Origin: Trichoplax adhaerens
Taxonomy: Eukaryota > Animalia > Placozoa
NCBI RefSeq assembly: GCF_000150275.1
Contig: NW_002060943.1
Span: 7,060,299 to 7,124,298 of the forward strand
Reading direction: 5' to 3'
Length of the DNA: 64,000 bases
Part shown: positions 1 to 13,926 of the stretch, piece by piece
Position numbering within the stretch: position 1 is the first letter of the stretch
Layout of the letters: every line of letters starts with the position of its first letter
The notes under the pieces: model-generated
The model's input: only the letters and a program-made list of their open reading frames with translations
Told to the model about the DNA's origin: nothing
The model's database searches: none
Made by a program: the position numbers and the translations under genes

Positions 1-2429
1 ACCATGCAAATAAATGGGGATCGATCTGCAGTAACGGATGGGGAATAAAAGAAGCTAATGTTGCATGTCGGCAATTAAATTATGCGAAAGCAATGTCTGC
101 AAAAGGTATGCCTATCTATATGCAAAGAAGTAAATCATGTTTGATTTATAGCTAAAATCACAGCGAAATAACAGTTTAATTTTGTCTTCATCATTAATTT
201 ATCGTAGTTTGTGCTATGATTCCGTCCCATGTAACTCTCAACCAATGATCATACTTCCAATTTAGCTTCATTGCGACAAGAATCTCTATCAAAACAATCA
301 TGGACAGGATTTATAGCTTGTCAAGGCAATGAAATTGCCCTTTCTCAATGCGAGCAATCGCAGTGGATTATTTCTGCAGAATGTACAAGCCAAAGTAACG
401 CACGTATTTCATGCGAAGCGACTGCAGGTTAGAAATCTCGAATTAGCTGCATTCTAAAATTATAAGACTGTGACTAAATGCACTGATAATGGCCATGTGA
501 AGCCGTTCAACTAAATACATTTTTTACTCTTGCAGATAATCCCCTGAATTGTATCTTTGAGCATGGATTTTGCAGTTGGAAGCAACCTAAGAGAAACTAT
601 AAAATGGATTGGCTGTGGACGGATAGTAATCACACGCCATTAAACAAAAAGTTCTCAGGTACGTATGAAAATCAATCAAAGCTTAAAGATATTATTCTCC
701 ATCAATAAATTAACTTTATTAGCTTATTTACGTTAGTTAAGACAACTTGAACGTTTAGGAAGTAAATCTATAATTATAATATAGCTCAATAATAATAATT
801 CACCATACTATAAAAGCTTATCGATGTGCGCTACTCATATTTGATGGCTATTTCATAGCGTGACTGTTATTAGTCAATAAATTATCCATTGCAAAGGTTA
901 ATCGTAAAGTACCCTATAACGCAAATGCATGCTAACATTTTACAGATTCATTAAGATTTAAAATTATAATGACACTTAATCTGGCCTTCCTCTTAGGACC
1001 CCATATTTTTTTAAATACTTTATATGGCAATGATGAAGAAGAAGCAACTCTACGTAGTCCATTATTGATGACTCCTTATCAAAGAAATATAACTGTAAGT
1101 ATTTAACTATTATTTTCTTCTGCAGAATGGGTTACATTTTCATCGAATAGATAGTTTGAAATTGATAATAAATATCCTTATAACAGTTTTCTATTTGAAT
1201 TCATTGCTATCGCCTCAGGTTACCTTCAATTACCACCAATCTAAGATAATTAGTGGAGCATTCACGGTTGAAGTTTTTACAAAAGTATCTCAAAAAATAT
1301 GGCAAGCTGATAAGGCATCACCACCTGATGACATTCAGCAAAGGAAAGTCGTTTTTCAAGCCCCAGCAAAGCATTTCAACGTAAGATAGAAGCAATTTAT
1401 TATAAACAAATCAGATTTATCTCGCATGCTTCATAAGGCATGGCGATTATAATTGATTTCTCATCTAGTCAATATTGAATAGTACGATAATAAATGTAAT
1501 TTAAAGAAATAATATTTTAAAAATTAGGTACAATTCAAATTTGTAAAAGGACGAAAATCGACCGGTGTTATCAGTATGAACGCAATCAAGATCCAAGGAT
1601 GTCGTGAAGGTTAGTACATTATCTCAGCCATTAATCCGTATCGTATTCAATCCGCTGTGCTTTATGACTGTGCTGAGTCTTTATAGATTAACTTTCTGAT
1701 GTGATAGCCTTGATACTGGTTATGATTTAGAGGGAGCTATATATATATCGAAAACTGCAGGAAACTGGTATCTAACCAGTCTCTAAATGACGTTATTAAC
1801 CTTCGAAATTTACCTTTAAAGTTAATTTTAAAAATTTATGCCATATCAGTCTATTACATACCTTAAAATTATGTTTTCAGTCGCTCATACAATTGTACAA
1901 ATCTTAGATCAGTTTTCTTATATATAGTAATCAGAAAATTTCCATATATTGCATGCGAATAATAAATTATACTACATTCAAGATATTGGAGAATCTAGTA
2001 TCTGAATTTAATACAAAAAAACCTATGAAGTTATGCTATAACACAAACTGAATTTATCTCGGGTGCTCATTTCTTGATAATAGCTCTAAAATTTTGGAAT
2101 TATCCATCTACAAGTCTTTTTATATTATTAATCGATAATTGTTAATGGGTTTACTGGCAGCATCAAAAGCAATTTATGACGAAGACGATGACTCTATGGC
2201 AATGGGATTCGGATTAGCTGCGCTCGTCTTCGGCCCAGTCGTTATATTTTTTTGTTGGAGATATCATACAAAAAAACAGGACGAGATTGCTGAAGCTAAT
2301 ACTTTAGCAAAGCAAGTTCGCACACATCAAAATCAAACAAGCCAACCTAGGATCCGAAATAGTAGCGGTGGAAATCCTACTGAAAGTCTTCAGCCCCTAT
2401 GTAAGCGAAGAAAATCTAAAGTTAATTGA
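1..2429 (+). CDS. SRCR-MAM single-pass membrane receptor, 5'-truncated by the window edge (exons ~1-105, 266-427, 536-658, ~997-1093, 1219-1380, 1529-1609, 2161-2429)
   Basis: Spliced translation gives SRCR motifs (KWGSICSNGWGIKEANVACRQLNY; ACQGNEIALSQC), a MAM start (NCIFEHGFCSW) and ATLRSP, then a TM helix (MAMGFGLAALVFGPVVIFFCW) and basic tail; GT-AG boundaries visible. Confidence 0.85.
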
Positions 2430-4946
2430 AAATGATTGTTATTCATCGAGTTGAATTTTCTTTAATTTTTTACTCTAAATGATTTGGCAGTAAAGGAAAA
2501 TGCAACTGATGATCGACAGGATTATAGTACAAGTCAAAAGCTTCATGATTCAGAATCACAAGGTAGGCTACCCAAAATGTGTTTAATCGTTCGATAAAAA
2601 GACTTAGATTGTTTATTTTAGTATTATAGGATATAAAAGAAAATTTGTATATCATCTGACTCATAGTGTATCAGATTTCTTAACTACTCTGATACTTTAC
2701 TTGTAACTTTAAATCGCATAATACCTAGTAATCACAAGCGACAATTTAAATTTCTTCATAACTATGAGAAATATCTTATTTTATCATCTATAAAACGGAT
2801 TCAGAAGCATGTATCACGGAAGAGAGCAACAACAAAGTCTACAATGTTTGAAGTCTATCTAGCAAATTATCAATATATCAACATGTAAAGATTAGCAATA
2901 AATATGTAACCAGTTTGAGCCAAGTTTTTAAAATAGAATTCAGAGTGATAGCGTTAGATTACCTATAACAATAGCCATTTGCGGAAGGTAACCTGTGAAT
3001 TTGCTAAATTACTGGATACCTATGGCTATTTTAGACACATCTGAGATTGCATTAGATTTACTATGAATGATCTTCTTCTTATTTGAAAATAATGACAAGT
3101 AATATACGCTGCCTTTGTTACAGAAATTCTAAATTTGAGAAGATTATAAATAAGTTCTAGTAGATGACGAGTAAACATTCCTTTTGCCTACATAAAAGAA
3201 TTTCATTTGGCCTATCAATAAATATTGTTTAACCGAAGCCATTGTCAAGGTATAATTCCAAATTGAATTAAAATCACACGTTATTTTACATATTCTGTAT
3301 TTCTAAAAAATTATTACTGCTCATAAATAGTACCTAATATCAATTTGTTTTGAAATGGTTTATATTCAGTAGTAGATTATTTAAAAAGTTTATTAACTTA
3401 ACTTTTTAAGTTGATCTTTAAATAGATGATATCGAAAAAATTATCTCCTGGTTTATTTTCATCAAGTATTATGGGATAGTTGTTTTATATCAAGCATAAA
3501 TGTAATCATACATAATCATGTCATGAATTAAGTGTTTAAACACTACTAATTGCATCTCTAAGATTATCTTCATTGAATAGAGTAATAGATTGAATTTATG
3601 CTTATGTAACTTTTTCTCGGTTTCGCTTGAATAATTATTTATACTTAAATAATAAACAAGTATCATTTATGTAATTACAAACTGAAACTAAACCGAAATT
3701 TTGACAGATCTACTTACGAGCTACAAGTGCACTATAACCGCTTTATATCATATTACTATGCTATGATCTGTCGACCTGCTATGACTAAGAAACATGCCAT
3801 GTTTTCTTACATTTATATTAAAATCACACCACTTGACAAGTATTCTACGTATAATTCTCAGGCATGCCTATTAATACTCGCAATTATAGATGAAGCAGAT
3901 GAAGCTGCTAGCTGGCTAGAATAGTAGATCTTCGATGATATAGAGTATATATGTAATTCCTCCTACGCTAGGAAATAAATATTACAAATTATTAAAAGTT
4001 GAGACTCAATGGTAATTATGATACCTAATAAGTATTGCTCGTAATCCTGTTATAAAGTTTAATTACAAAATTATTGGTCTATAATACGGTTATATTGATA
4101 GCTTTAATTGGGTATAATGGCTGCAATTGATCAAAAATATTGTCGATTTTTAGCAAGGAGTCTATCAATCTACAGACATAACTATACGTCAGTGCCAATT
4201 TAGACCTAATATATAGTGTATGCCTCCAGTTCGAGATTTGATTGTTCTTTTCATCCCGCTAATATCTTAATAGCAAATACAGTATAACAGAGACATTGCA
4301 TGGGTATGTACTGCAAATATGTTTAACATTAGCGTACAAGTCTACCAACTATCTTATCGCTCTCCAGAATCGAACAAATTGAAATATATTCTAGGAATCT
4401 ACGTGGCCTATACTCAACTAAAACCGATCACAGTCATGTAATCAGGCTATTCACATTTTATTGAAATATCGAGATATTTTCATCAATTAATTATCATATG
4501 TGAAGCAATCAACCAGGGTGCACTCTATCACAATATTTTGATTAATAAAGAAGCTTCTTAGCTAGTTTGTTGTGTAGCGTATACTGTATAGGCAAGTCCT
4601 AATTCCATCTAAATATCGATACTACATTTATTACCGCTTGTACAGCTAACGGACCTCGATCTTGATATTTTATTACGTAATAAATACCGGTAATCGCCAG
4701 CGCTGCATATTCATGTATATACATTATACAAGCATATAGATACAAAATGACACTGTAAAATGACAAATTGCTTATCATTGTTTACTTTCTGATGAAATAT
4801 CAGGATATTAGCCCACATAAGATTACAGCCTGTTATTAATGACTGCATAATAGATACATTACTGTGGTCTTATGTCAATATGCCCAGTATGCTTTGAAAA
4901 AAGCGTACTGTAAAAATAAACAGTAATTTTTAAAAAGGGTTTCAAC

Positions 4947-7900
4947 ATGTCTAAGCGAGAGAAGTATCTCTTACTCATTTTAATAATATATATCAGCAAT
5001 ATTGTTAGAATACATTCGTTCTTAACATTAAATGCATTGAATGGTTCTGATCATGAGTGTATCGATAGATGCACTTGTAATTTTAATAACAATCAAATGA
5101 AATGCAAGCTGGAAGATTTGCCTACTACAGATATTCCAAGTGGCATCACACAAATGTAAGTAAGAAAATACTGTATCTCGTTATCGACATTCGTTGATTA
5201 GCCTTAAAATATGAATCATAGCCGTAAAAGGAAATGACTTATTTCATATACATGTGATGTCTATATATGTCGCCAATATTCAGGTGTAATAGCGATTTTA
5301 AGTGCAACATCAAGAGCTGTGGTACTAATTCAGATCTTATACAACTTTAGCTTAATGATGACGAATAAGTATATCAAATTTTTTTTCTTATAACTCGCTA
5401 TCGTGAAATCACTTAGAAATAAGAGCGAATGATAAGATCAAAAATAATAATTATATACAATGTACAGTAAGGAAGAGTAGTTAATAAGAGCCTTGATTTC
5501 CAACTAAATCAATGCTGAAAGATTATTAGAATTGTCCTACATCAATGTGATGCTCGAACGTGCAGGTTGGCTAAGTTTATGTAATTTTATTTGTAAATCG
5601 ATGAAGTATAATCACCGATGGACACTTGCGATGTGATTGCTCCATAGCCCATATTATTCGATGGGCACAGGAGAATAAAGTTGGCTTGGAAGGTAAATGC
5701 AATTCTCCCACGCGTTATAAAGATAAAAATTTGAGCGATATTAACCTCTCCGTATTAGTAGCGTCATGCAACAAGGGTTCAGGTAAGAAAATAACAACTT
5801 AAATCGTCGAAGCAAATCAGTAATTTTAGTTAAGATTAATACTATTTGGATATAAAATTATTGCATTCATTTTATCTCATCTAAAGCGTCATAATACTGT
5901 ATCAACAAGTATTCAAATTACATAAGACATTGAAGTACTAGGAAGAAAATAGAAAAGTTAAAATTATTCCATTTCATTAAAAGTCTGATAAATCATTTTA
6001 ATATTGATGGATTGCATCTCTAGTTTTGCTTAAGGAGTATTTTAAAGAATGATTTATGTCCGATATACAGGATTCAGTAACAATTTGAGAGTTTTCAGTA
6101 ATAGGTAGTATCATGAATTGCTTATGATACTTGTAAGAACCTTATTTCTGAATTAAATGTTGTGTAATACTCAAAGTTATTACAACGAAAATATCTGACC
6201 ACGTGAAGGGTCATTATAATCAGATAAATTTAATCCCAATTTATGAGTAGTATAATTGATTTCAGAGACTACTCCGTTAAGTATTCAGCTTCAAAAGACA
6301 TCGCATAATTCAAATACCAAGTATATACTTTTATCGAACGGTAGTACTTGGCTTCCTATTTGCAATCGCGATTGGGAATTTGCTGATAGTATGGTGTCAT
6401 GTAGGCAGCTTAGGTATTTAGGAAGCAGCGAGAGTTTATCTCAAAATGGTAAATCGGTTATTGAATGTAACGGCAGAGTCTAAAAGAGATGCTTTACTAC
6501 TATGTTTTCATCCTTCTAATATACCTATGTAATGATATTGATTACATGATCGTTCACAATACAACTTAATAGACTTTGAGCTTGAAGTCAACCAAATAGC
6601 TTGGAGGCTAGATGGCAACTGTACAGGTCTAGAATCACGGTTATCAGATTGTAATATCCAAATAGATGATGTTGCTGATGATTGCCCCATAGCAACTGTA
6701 AAATGTCTCGAAGATGAAGGTAGCGTAATATTGGCATCATATTCAATCCTAAGAATTGGTCATTAGGGCTAATAGTAACATTGGCATACTGATGCTCTGA
6801 GAAAGTGATGAAAATATTGAATATATATTAATTACGTCCCATTATATTTAATTCTAGGCGGTGATCCAACAAATTGTAATTTTCAGAAAGGATTTTGCGG
6901 CTGGTCAAAAATAAATTCTGATTATTTATCTTGGATTTGGTTAAATAATAATCATAATCATGAAGGTGATCCCTATATTTATTCATACTATACATTAGTC
7001 TCATTTCTGTATATTGTACTAGCTAAGTTAGAAATTGAGATACCAATGTATTGGATGTTTTAAATAAATTGTTATCCTCCTAGGTTATCAAGTGTTAGTC
7101 TCGTTAACCAATCATACTAAATCGCAGTCTGCGGTGTCTCTTCAAAGCCCGGTATTAAAGCCACTCAAGAACAAAGTTCAAGTATAATTTTAAGAAATTA
7201 TCGTATAATATTAAAACATAGAATATTGTAAAATAAAATATATCACTACTTCATACATCATGTTTTAACAACATTAAAACGAGATAAATTGTGTATTGTA
7301 GGTTTATGTTGAGTATTATTTTAGCGGTATTATCGATGCTCAGCTCCTACTACAAATTCAGCTTGAATATGATGATGAGTATACGACATTATATTCGTTA
7401 AATATGGAAGAGCACAATTGGAATAACGCAAGCGTAACCATCACCATGAACCATAACAATTTTCGAGTACTGATTATATAATTTGTATTGAAGAATATAG
7501 TAATATCTAAATATTCATGTTTTCTCTTTATTGGTTACTAGATACGCTTCACAGTAAAAAATGGCCAAAATTCAGACGGAGAGATTGGCATTGGCCAAAT
7601 AAAATTAACGGATTGCAAGTTGCGTGGTGAGTTATTAGTTGTGAATAAGAACGTAGTTCTTTTTTACAATTCGTTATTAACCTAGATGAATACATCAAAG
7701 AAAAGCCTTTGTACCTAAGGTCTGGCTGAATATTAATATTTCTGTCTGTTAGATGATGAAGAAAATAGACCCAATAATCGCTTCGTTATTATCGTGGTTG
7801 TAATATGCGCCATTACTATTTTTCCTCCTTCAATATTCATTTATGCTTATGTGGTAAAAAGTCGTTCTGAAAATGGTCCTGAAATACAGATCAATTTGCC

Positions 7901-8255
7901 ATGTAGTAGTACCTGTAAAATATTATCTACGGTCTGCTATTGCTGTGGCCCGAGAAGCAGCAATACCTTCGAAATCTTGGAAGAAACGAACGCTAATTAC
8001 GAAGCGCCAAACTATGAAACTGTAGAGCCGCCAATAAGATCTGAAAGTCCACCTATTTTTCCCCCTGATTTCCAGGAATCTCTTGATAATTTACATCATG
8101 ATGCTCCTCCACCATATTATCAAACATTGACCGAAAACAGCAATATGAATAGTAATAATGACATTCAGCTAAGCTTAATTACGTTAGAGATAGCTAATAG
8201 CGAACGAAATTTGTTACCATCTTATGACAGTGTTATCGCTTCTGAAAGGAGTTAA
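4947..8255 (+). CDS. Signal peptide-LRRNT-LRRCT-SRCR-MAM-TM receptor with PY-motif tail (exons ~4947-5155, 5607-5782, 6266-6448, 6573-6719, 6858-6965, 7084-7181, 7302-7466, 7542-7625, 7753-8255)
   Basis: Hydrophobic N-terminus; LRRNT (CIDRCTC...MKC...PTTDIP); LRRCT (LRCDCSIAHIIRW...GKCNSP); SRCR (TWLPICNRDWEFADSMVSCRQLRY); MAM (NCNFQKGFCGW); TM (FVIIVVVICAITIFPPSIFIYAYVV). Exon structure over SRCR/MAM parallels the upstream gene. Confidence 0.85.
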
Positions 8256-11200
8256 GTCGAGCTTGTCAAGTTAGTCTGTAAAAGATGCGATTTATGTTGT
8301 AATCTTGCAGATAGATAACAATTGAAAAGTCATAATAATGATAATAAGAATCATAAACACTTTACGATAGAAAGTATGCAAAGAAATCAGTTTTGTTTTA
8401 GCTATATGCATACATACATATACCAGGATTTATAGAGCAAAATCTTTTTATCAGTTAATGCTGTTATCCATGATAATAACATTGTACCTATACGTAGAGC
8501 AAAGTTTACCGTCATTTTATCTACGTAAACTATTAATTGCTTCCCTCATGGACGTTACTATAGCAAAATAAGAAAATTTATGGCTTGTATTATGTAATAT
8601 AGGTAATGGAGGGTCTTGCATTGGATCGTTTTTACTGTTAGCTATCGTCTAGTAACGTCAGTTGTATTGTAATGTATTATACAGTCTTTCTGTTGCCAAG
8701 AATACAGTTGAAGTTTTTTAGTTTCATCTTCTCAATCTTTGCATGCGGTAATTTAGCTGTTCTATCTCAACGGTACATCAACAGTATCATTATTTTATTG
8801 GTGTGCCATATCAAATGAGCATAATTACGGTCAAAGAAACAAAATCTCATCTGTAATACTTTTTCATCAATATTTTCTTGTACTGCAGAGCATTATTATA
8901 GGGAGCATATAAGCTTCATCCAAATATGAATAAAACAGTGATGCAGAAAAAGAACTTTTTGAAGGGTTTACATCTTAAAATTTCAGTCCGTCTATTGGAA
9001 AATTTATTAATTGCTAGTCAAGTATTCCTATTTTCAGCTATTAGGACTGAATTACTTGTGACAATTTACACCATTTGCTCTCTGCATTGCGATTAGAATA
9101 TCACAGACTACTGTAATAAAAAAAATGGACCGCATTGTCGTTTTAATAGTCCTTTGACTACCGGTATGTGCTGTTTCAATGTTTATATTCGACTATCTAC
9201 CGTATATTGCATCTCTAAATCATAAAGTCCTCATTTAGATAATTTTTTTTTAACTTTTATGCTTAATACAAATACGTAGTATACAATGAATATACCTGAT
9301 TCATTCAATTAATAATACAGTATGGTAATAAGCAATATAGGAGAATTTTATATCCAACAGAGGCCCAACATCATCAAATTGTTAACACTTGAAAGTGTAT
9401 TCATTGCGTAGTTTATAAGGATCCAATAGTTCTTGATGTAGATGAATAATTTAGAACTAGCAGAACGTGTGAATTATAGAATTAAGCCTGTATCTCACTT
9501 AGAAAACTGAATTGTTTTAGTTTAGGCAAGAAAGAGTAACCCATGGATTAAGGAAATATCCGAAACCCCCGCTAAGATGAGATTCAGTTCATATTGATGT
9601 TGCGTAGCTATGTCGTCGATGTACTATTGTAGAAACAGGCCATAATTTATTCTGGATTTACCAATAATAATCTCCCTCGTTAATTGACGACAGATAAAAG
9701 TTAATATTTATCAGCTCCTTTCCTAGTATTCATCTTCGCCAATCTAATTCATAAGTTGATCATTGTGTATATTACTCTCTACTGTCCACCTATTTTCCAT
9801 ATAAAGATAGCATCACATGCAGTAGTATTGTTGGATATTCCTGTCTATTCAGAACAGCTTAGATCTCAAAATCGTTAATGAATTGATGAATAACTAGTAA
9901 TCATTCCATAATACTATTAGCTAACGAGAAATCGAGAAGTGTAAACTATCCTGGATACGTTAGATAGTCTTTTCAACTGTACCATGTAAAAATTGTTAAT
10001 TAATCCATTACATAATGTCTATTTCATAATGTCTATTTCATCTTTTACCGTATGGCCTATATAACATTCAGGAAATGAATCCTGATTTTACATTTAATTT
10101 AAATTCATGTATCATACTAACTGGATGTGATATTAAAGAGTCTTTTGAATCACTCAATCTTCCTCTTATAAAACATTGAATTAAAGCGTTTAAAATCAAT
10201 ATCTAGCAGTTTGCTATAAGTAGGACTGAATTCTATGAAGAAATGCTCTCGTTCTTAATGTATAAAATAAAATTATAATGTAACTGTCAGGCTTATTACA
10301 CTGTAGATTATTGCAAAGCCATTCATCAACCATAACTTTAGAACCCTTTATAAAAGACTCCAATGAATTTCTGATCGGTATCTCCTAGGGGAAAAATAAG
10401 CAATTGGCCACAATCGACGTAAAATTAGGTCGTGAATTTTATCCACGGGATATGATTACTCTTGACTAGTTATCATTTTACTGCTGTATATTAGATTCGT
10501 AAAAAATCCTACTATAATTTTTAAAAGATTCATGACAGCTGGTGACAACAATCAACCTGAAATCAGTAATTTCGTCTTTAAATAAATTTGCAATTCAATT
10601 CATGATTTATATAACATCGGAAGCCCACAATAATTAAGTAATCATAATTAATGTTTCATTCTTCAATTAGACTATTAATTGAATATAAATATGTAAACTC
10701 CGCTTTACCCATTCGATATGATGCTTATAGGATGATTACGATAAGAGATCCATTTAAAACCTAACCGCAAATTACTGATTTAAGCGTTTTGCACTGATCT
10801 AGCGCACAGCGTGGTTCAATCGTTCTTTCCTATGTCGGCAGTGTAGTGTAGTATGTTCTTAATTTCTAACTTTGAAACTGCTTTTATGCCTTATATAAAG
10901 CTAATATGTTGCGATTGCATTGCCATAGGTGGATTACAGTAAGTTCCTACATCCCTGCTTTCACTCTAACCTCAATTATAACGATCCTCTAAACCTTCAT
11001 TCATTCCTCATTAGCAACTTTTAAATGGTTGATTATTTTACTCACCATCTGTTCGTATTTTTACACAAAATCTAGTTTTTCTACTGTACAAGTAATTTAA
11101 TATATGAAAGCGATCAACATTTAGATGCCTAGCAGCAGGTATGATATTACCATTATCATGGGCTAATATAATTATTTACTCAGTTTATTTACTTAAAAAA

Positions 11201-12603
11201 TTGCAAGTTACAATTAGAGATAGGCTTTAAATTAAAAAATATCAGAGATCTAGCCAATGCTTAGGTATTTTTTACATATTATAAAAGTCTACTCTTACAA
11301 AATATAATTTATGCAGTTACATATGACTCATAATTTTGATACAGGCTGTTGAAGCGAAATTAATAACAACTACAGAAATAATAATACCAGTTTGATCAAT
11401 TCATCTTGATATTTTATTAATGTAGTATATCATACATACTCTACTACAGTGTATGAGTATAATATCATATAAGCGTATGAATCAATAACTAAGCAATTAC
11501 GTATTCACTTGATTATTATGTGTATTAATTATAAATATGTTATTTGTTCAGTTTATTTTAATATGACGTAATTACGTAGAGCTCTTATAAGAGCCATATT
11601 TACTACATTTTCTTCATGATGACTAATTGTAAGACTATAGATATACTGTGTAATTATTTTTCATGTTTTGCTCCTAAATTATGTATTTGACGTGAGTTAA
11701 ATAATAGATCAGGACAGGAGGTAGCCGCTTTACATCCGAAAATATTTTACTAATACTTAAAACTTACTAGATATTCAGGACATGTGTTATTTTATGAAAT
11801 TAGAATTTAATTTTTTCGAAAAATGATAGTACTCTGAAAGATGTGGTTATTTTTACTAAATGCAATATTGCATCTGAGTTATTCTGACTAGTTTTAAGGA
11901 ATATCATATAGAGTAGATTTATGTTTATTCGCTATTAGATTTTTTGCAGTCTGTAATAATCCTGTGCAAATGAAAGAATTTAGCACGATTTATTTATGGA
12001 CTACATTGGAAAAGTTTTTAAACTAGAAATTGAAATGTAGGCAACTAGTAAAACAAACCAATGTTACTATTTTAACTAAACTCTCTAATGTACTACATTT
12101 ATATTTGCCTGTTTACGTCCTACACTGGCGCCTACTGTTAAAGAAAATAAATACTCTATTTCTTTACATAACAACAAGTTAATGAATGAATCAGAAAATA
12201 AATATCTAAAAGTGATATCTCAGCCATTTACTATAATAATTATAATCGAATCTCAAGGTATAACACTATATTCAAGCCTTTCACTTATTTCTTTTTCAGT
12301 TAAAGTTAATCAATTACGTGCAAAACTTTATGTAAACGAATATTACTGGTCATTTTGAACTTAGGCGATATAAAATAGTGATGATTAATTATTATATATT
12401 GCATAGCAATCGGGAGACTTTTATTAAGTTTGCTGAATCTAAAATAAATAAATATCCAAGCGCAACGTCTCAACTACTGACCCCATTATAATCAACACTA
12501 AAAGTGCTATAATTATGTCATTGCTTTGCTCACTATTTTCATCAATATAAAAATACGGTAGCATAATTTAAACCTGTAATTAAATCTTATTTTTTAAGAG
12601 GAT

Positions 12604-12873
12604 TCGACAATGAACTCTTGTCGTAGTGCTCTCTATAAGATTGCTAACTTTATTGTTATCATTTTAGCGTTTAATCGTTGAACTGTTTTTAGATCGTTTT
12701 AATTGCGATGTGTTTTTAAAGTTCGGTTTTATTTTTTTCAGGCTAAGTAAACTTTGACAATGAACCTTTATCATAGCGCTACCTATATAATTGCCAACTT
12801 TATCGTTATGATTTTAGCGTTGATTCATTATATTAAGATAGCTCTAAGTACAAGACGTTTTTGCAAATTCTAG
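12604..12873 (+). repeat. Diverged ~70-bp duplication at 150-bp spacing; each copy starts a short upstream ORF (12610-12681 and 12760-12873)
   Basis: gacaATGaac...attgc(t/c)aacttt at(t/c)gttat(c/g)attttagcgtt occurs with ATGs at 12610 and 12760. Confidence 0.75.
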
Positions 12874-12918
12874 CCAATTTTCTGCAATTGACAAATAAAA
12901 TTTCTTTTCATTATCAAA

Positions 12919-13926
12919 ATGGGAGCAAAGTCGCATCTTGGAATTCTATATGGATTAAGCGCCTCATTCTTTATTTCTGTTATGTCTGCATGTGTAAAAA
13001 TGACATCGTATTATTTCTTTTTACTTGTAGCTACTCGAAGTGCTTTACAGATCGTATTACTACACCCTATAATCATTTATCAGCAAATAGACATAAGGAA
13101 AAGTTTTCGGTTACCTCAAGCTTATTTTGTGTTTGGTAGAGCGATTGCTGAAACAATATCCGTATCCTGCCAGTTTTATGCTTATCAAAATATGAATATT
13201 GGTGACGCAGCTGCAATTATCTATTCGTCTCCATTTATTACTGGTATATTGGCAGCTATTTTTTTAAAGGAAAAATTCACATTATTTAATTTATTAGCAA
13301 CAATTGTTAGTTTTGGTGGAGTTATCTTAGTGTCCAAGCCGCCATTTATATTTGGATCAGGAGAAGGTGATGGAACTCAAACCAATTTTGGAGTGGCAGG
13401 GATCGCCTTTTGTGGAGCTATCTGTACCAGTATTGCCATTCTAAACGTTAGAAAAATTGGCAATTCGGTTGATACATATGTTCTTACATATTATTTTTCT
13501 ATCGTATGTTGTATCGTACCTTTAATTATCACCGGCATTACCGGAAGTTTTGAATTGCCACCCTGTGGTAGTAGAAGATTGCTGTTACTTACCATTGGTC
13601 TATTAGGTTTCCTTGGGCATTTATCTTTCGTTAAAGCAATACAATTAGAAGAAGCCATGTTAGTCGCAGTTATTCGGACAGTTGATGTCTTGTTTGGCTA
13701 TGTTTTAGAAATAACCGTTTTTGGTACAACACCGTCTATTCTATCGATTATTGGTGCATTCTTGGTAGTATCTTCAGCTTGTGCTGTGGGATTAAATAAA
13801 GTGTACGGGATATCAAAGATCTGCAGCTGTAATCAACGCGATACTTCTAGTAACGAGAAGCAACCGCCGATGATACTCGTACATGGCTTAAGGAATGATC
13901 GTAATGGAGAGAAATGTAAATTCTAG
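12919..13926 (+). CDS. SLC35G1: SLC35G1-like EamA/DMT-family transporter, intronless, 335 aa
   Basis: About ten hydrophobic helices; EamA motifs FYAYQNMNIGDAAAIIYSSPFITGILAAIFLKEK, GVILVSKPPFIFG and KAIQLEEAMLVAVIRTVDVLFGY. Confidence 0.9.
   Translation: MGAKSHLGILYGLSASFFISVMSACVKMTSYYFFLLVATRSALQIVLLHPIIIYQQIDIRKSFRLPQAYFVFGRAIAETISVSCQFYAYQNMNIGDAAAIIYSSPFITGILAAIFLKEKFTLFNLLATIVSFGGVILVSKPPFIFGSGEGDGTQTNFGVAGIAFCGAICTSIAILNVRKIGNSVDTYVLTYYFSIVCCIVPLIITGITGSFELPPCGSRRLLLLTIGLLGFLGHLSFVKAIQLEEAMLVAVIRTVDVLFGYVLEITVFGTTPSILSIIGAFLVVSSACAVGLNKVYGISKICSCNQRDTSSNEKQPPMILVHGLRNDRNGEKCKF

Noticed and set aside
8780-8970. Possible DnaJ-domain relic (FIGVPYQ...KETK; AYKLHPNMNK..DAEKE)
   Set aside because: Needs frameshifts, has HPN instead of HPD and is too short to separate from chance by eye.
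10011-10040. 14-bp direct duplication cataatgtctattt
   Set aside because: Ordinary slippage duplication in intergenic DNA.
12861-13139. 92-aa ORF overlapping the SLC35G start
   Set aside because: TTG start in an alternative frame of a well-supported CDS.
13912-13926. uORF2 and the SLC35G CDS both end in CKF* (tg[c/t]aaattctag)
   Set aside because: The match is only ~12 nt in AT-rich DNA and the flanks do not align; treated as coincidence.
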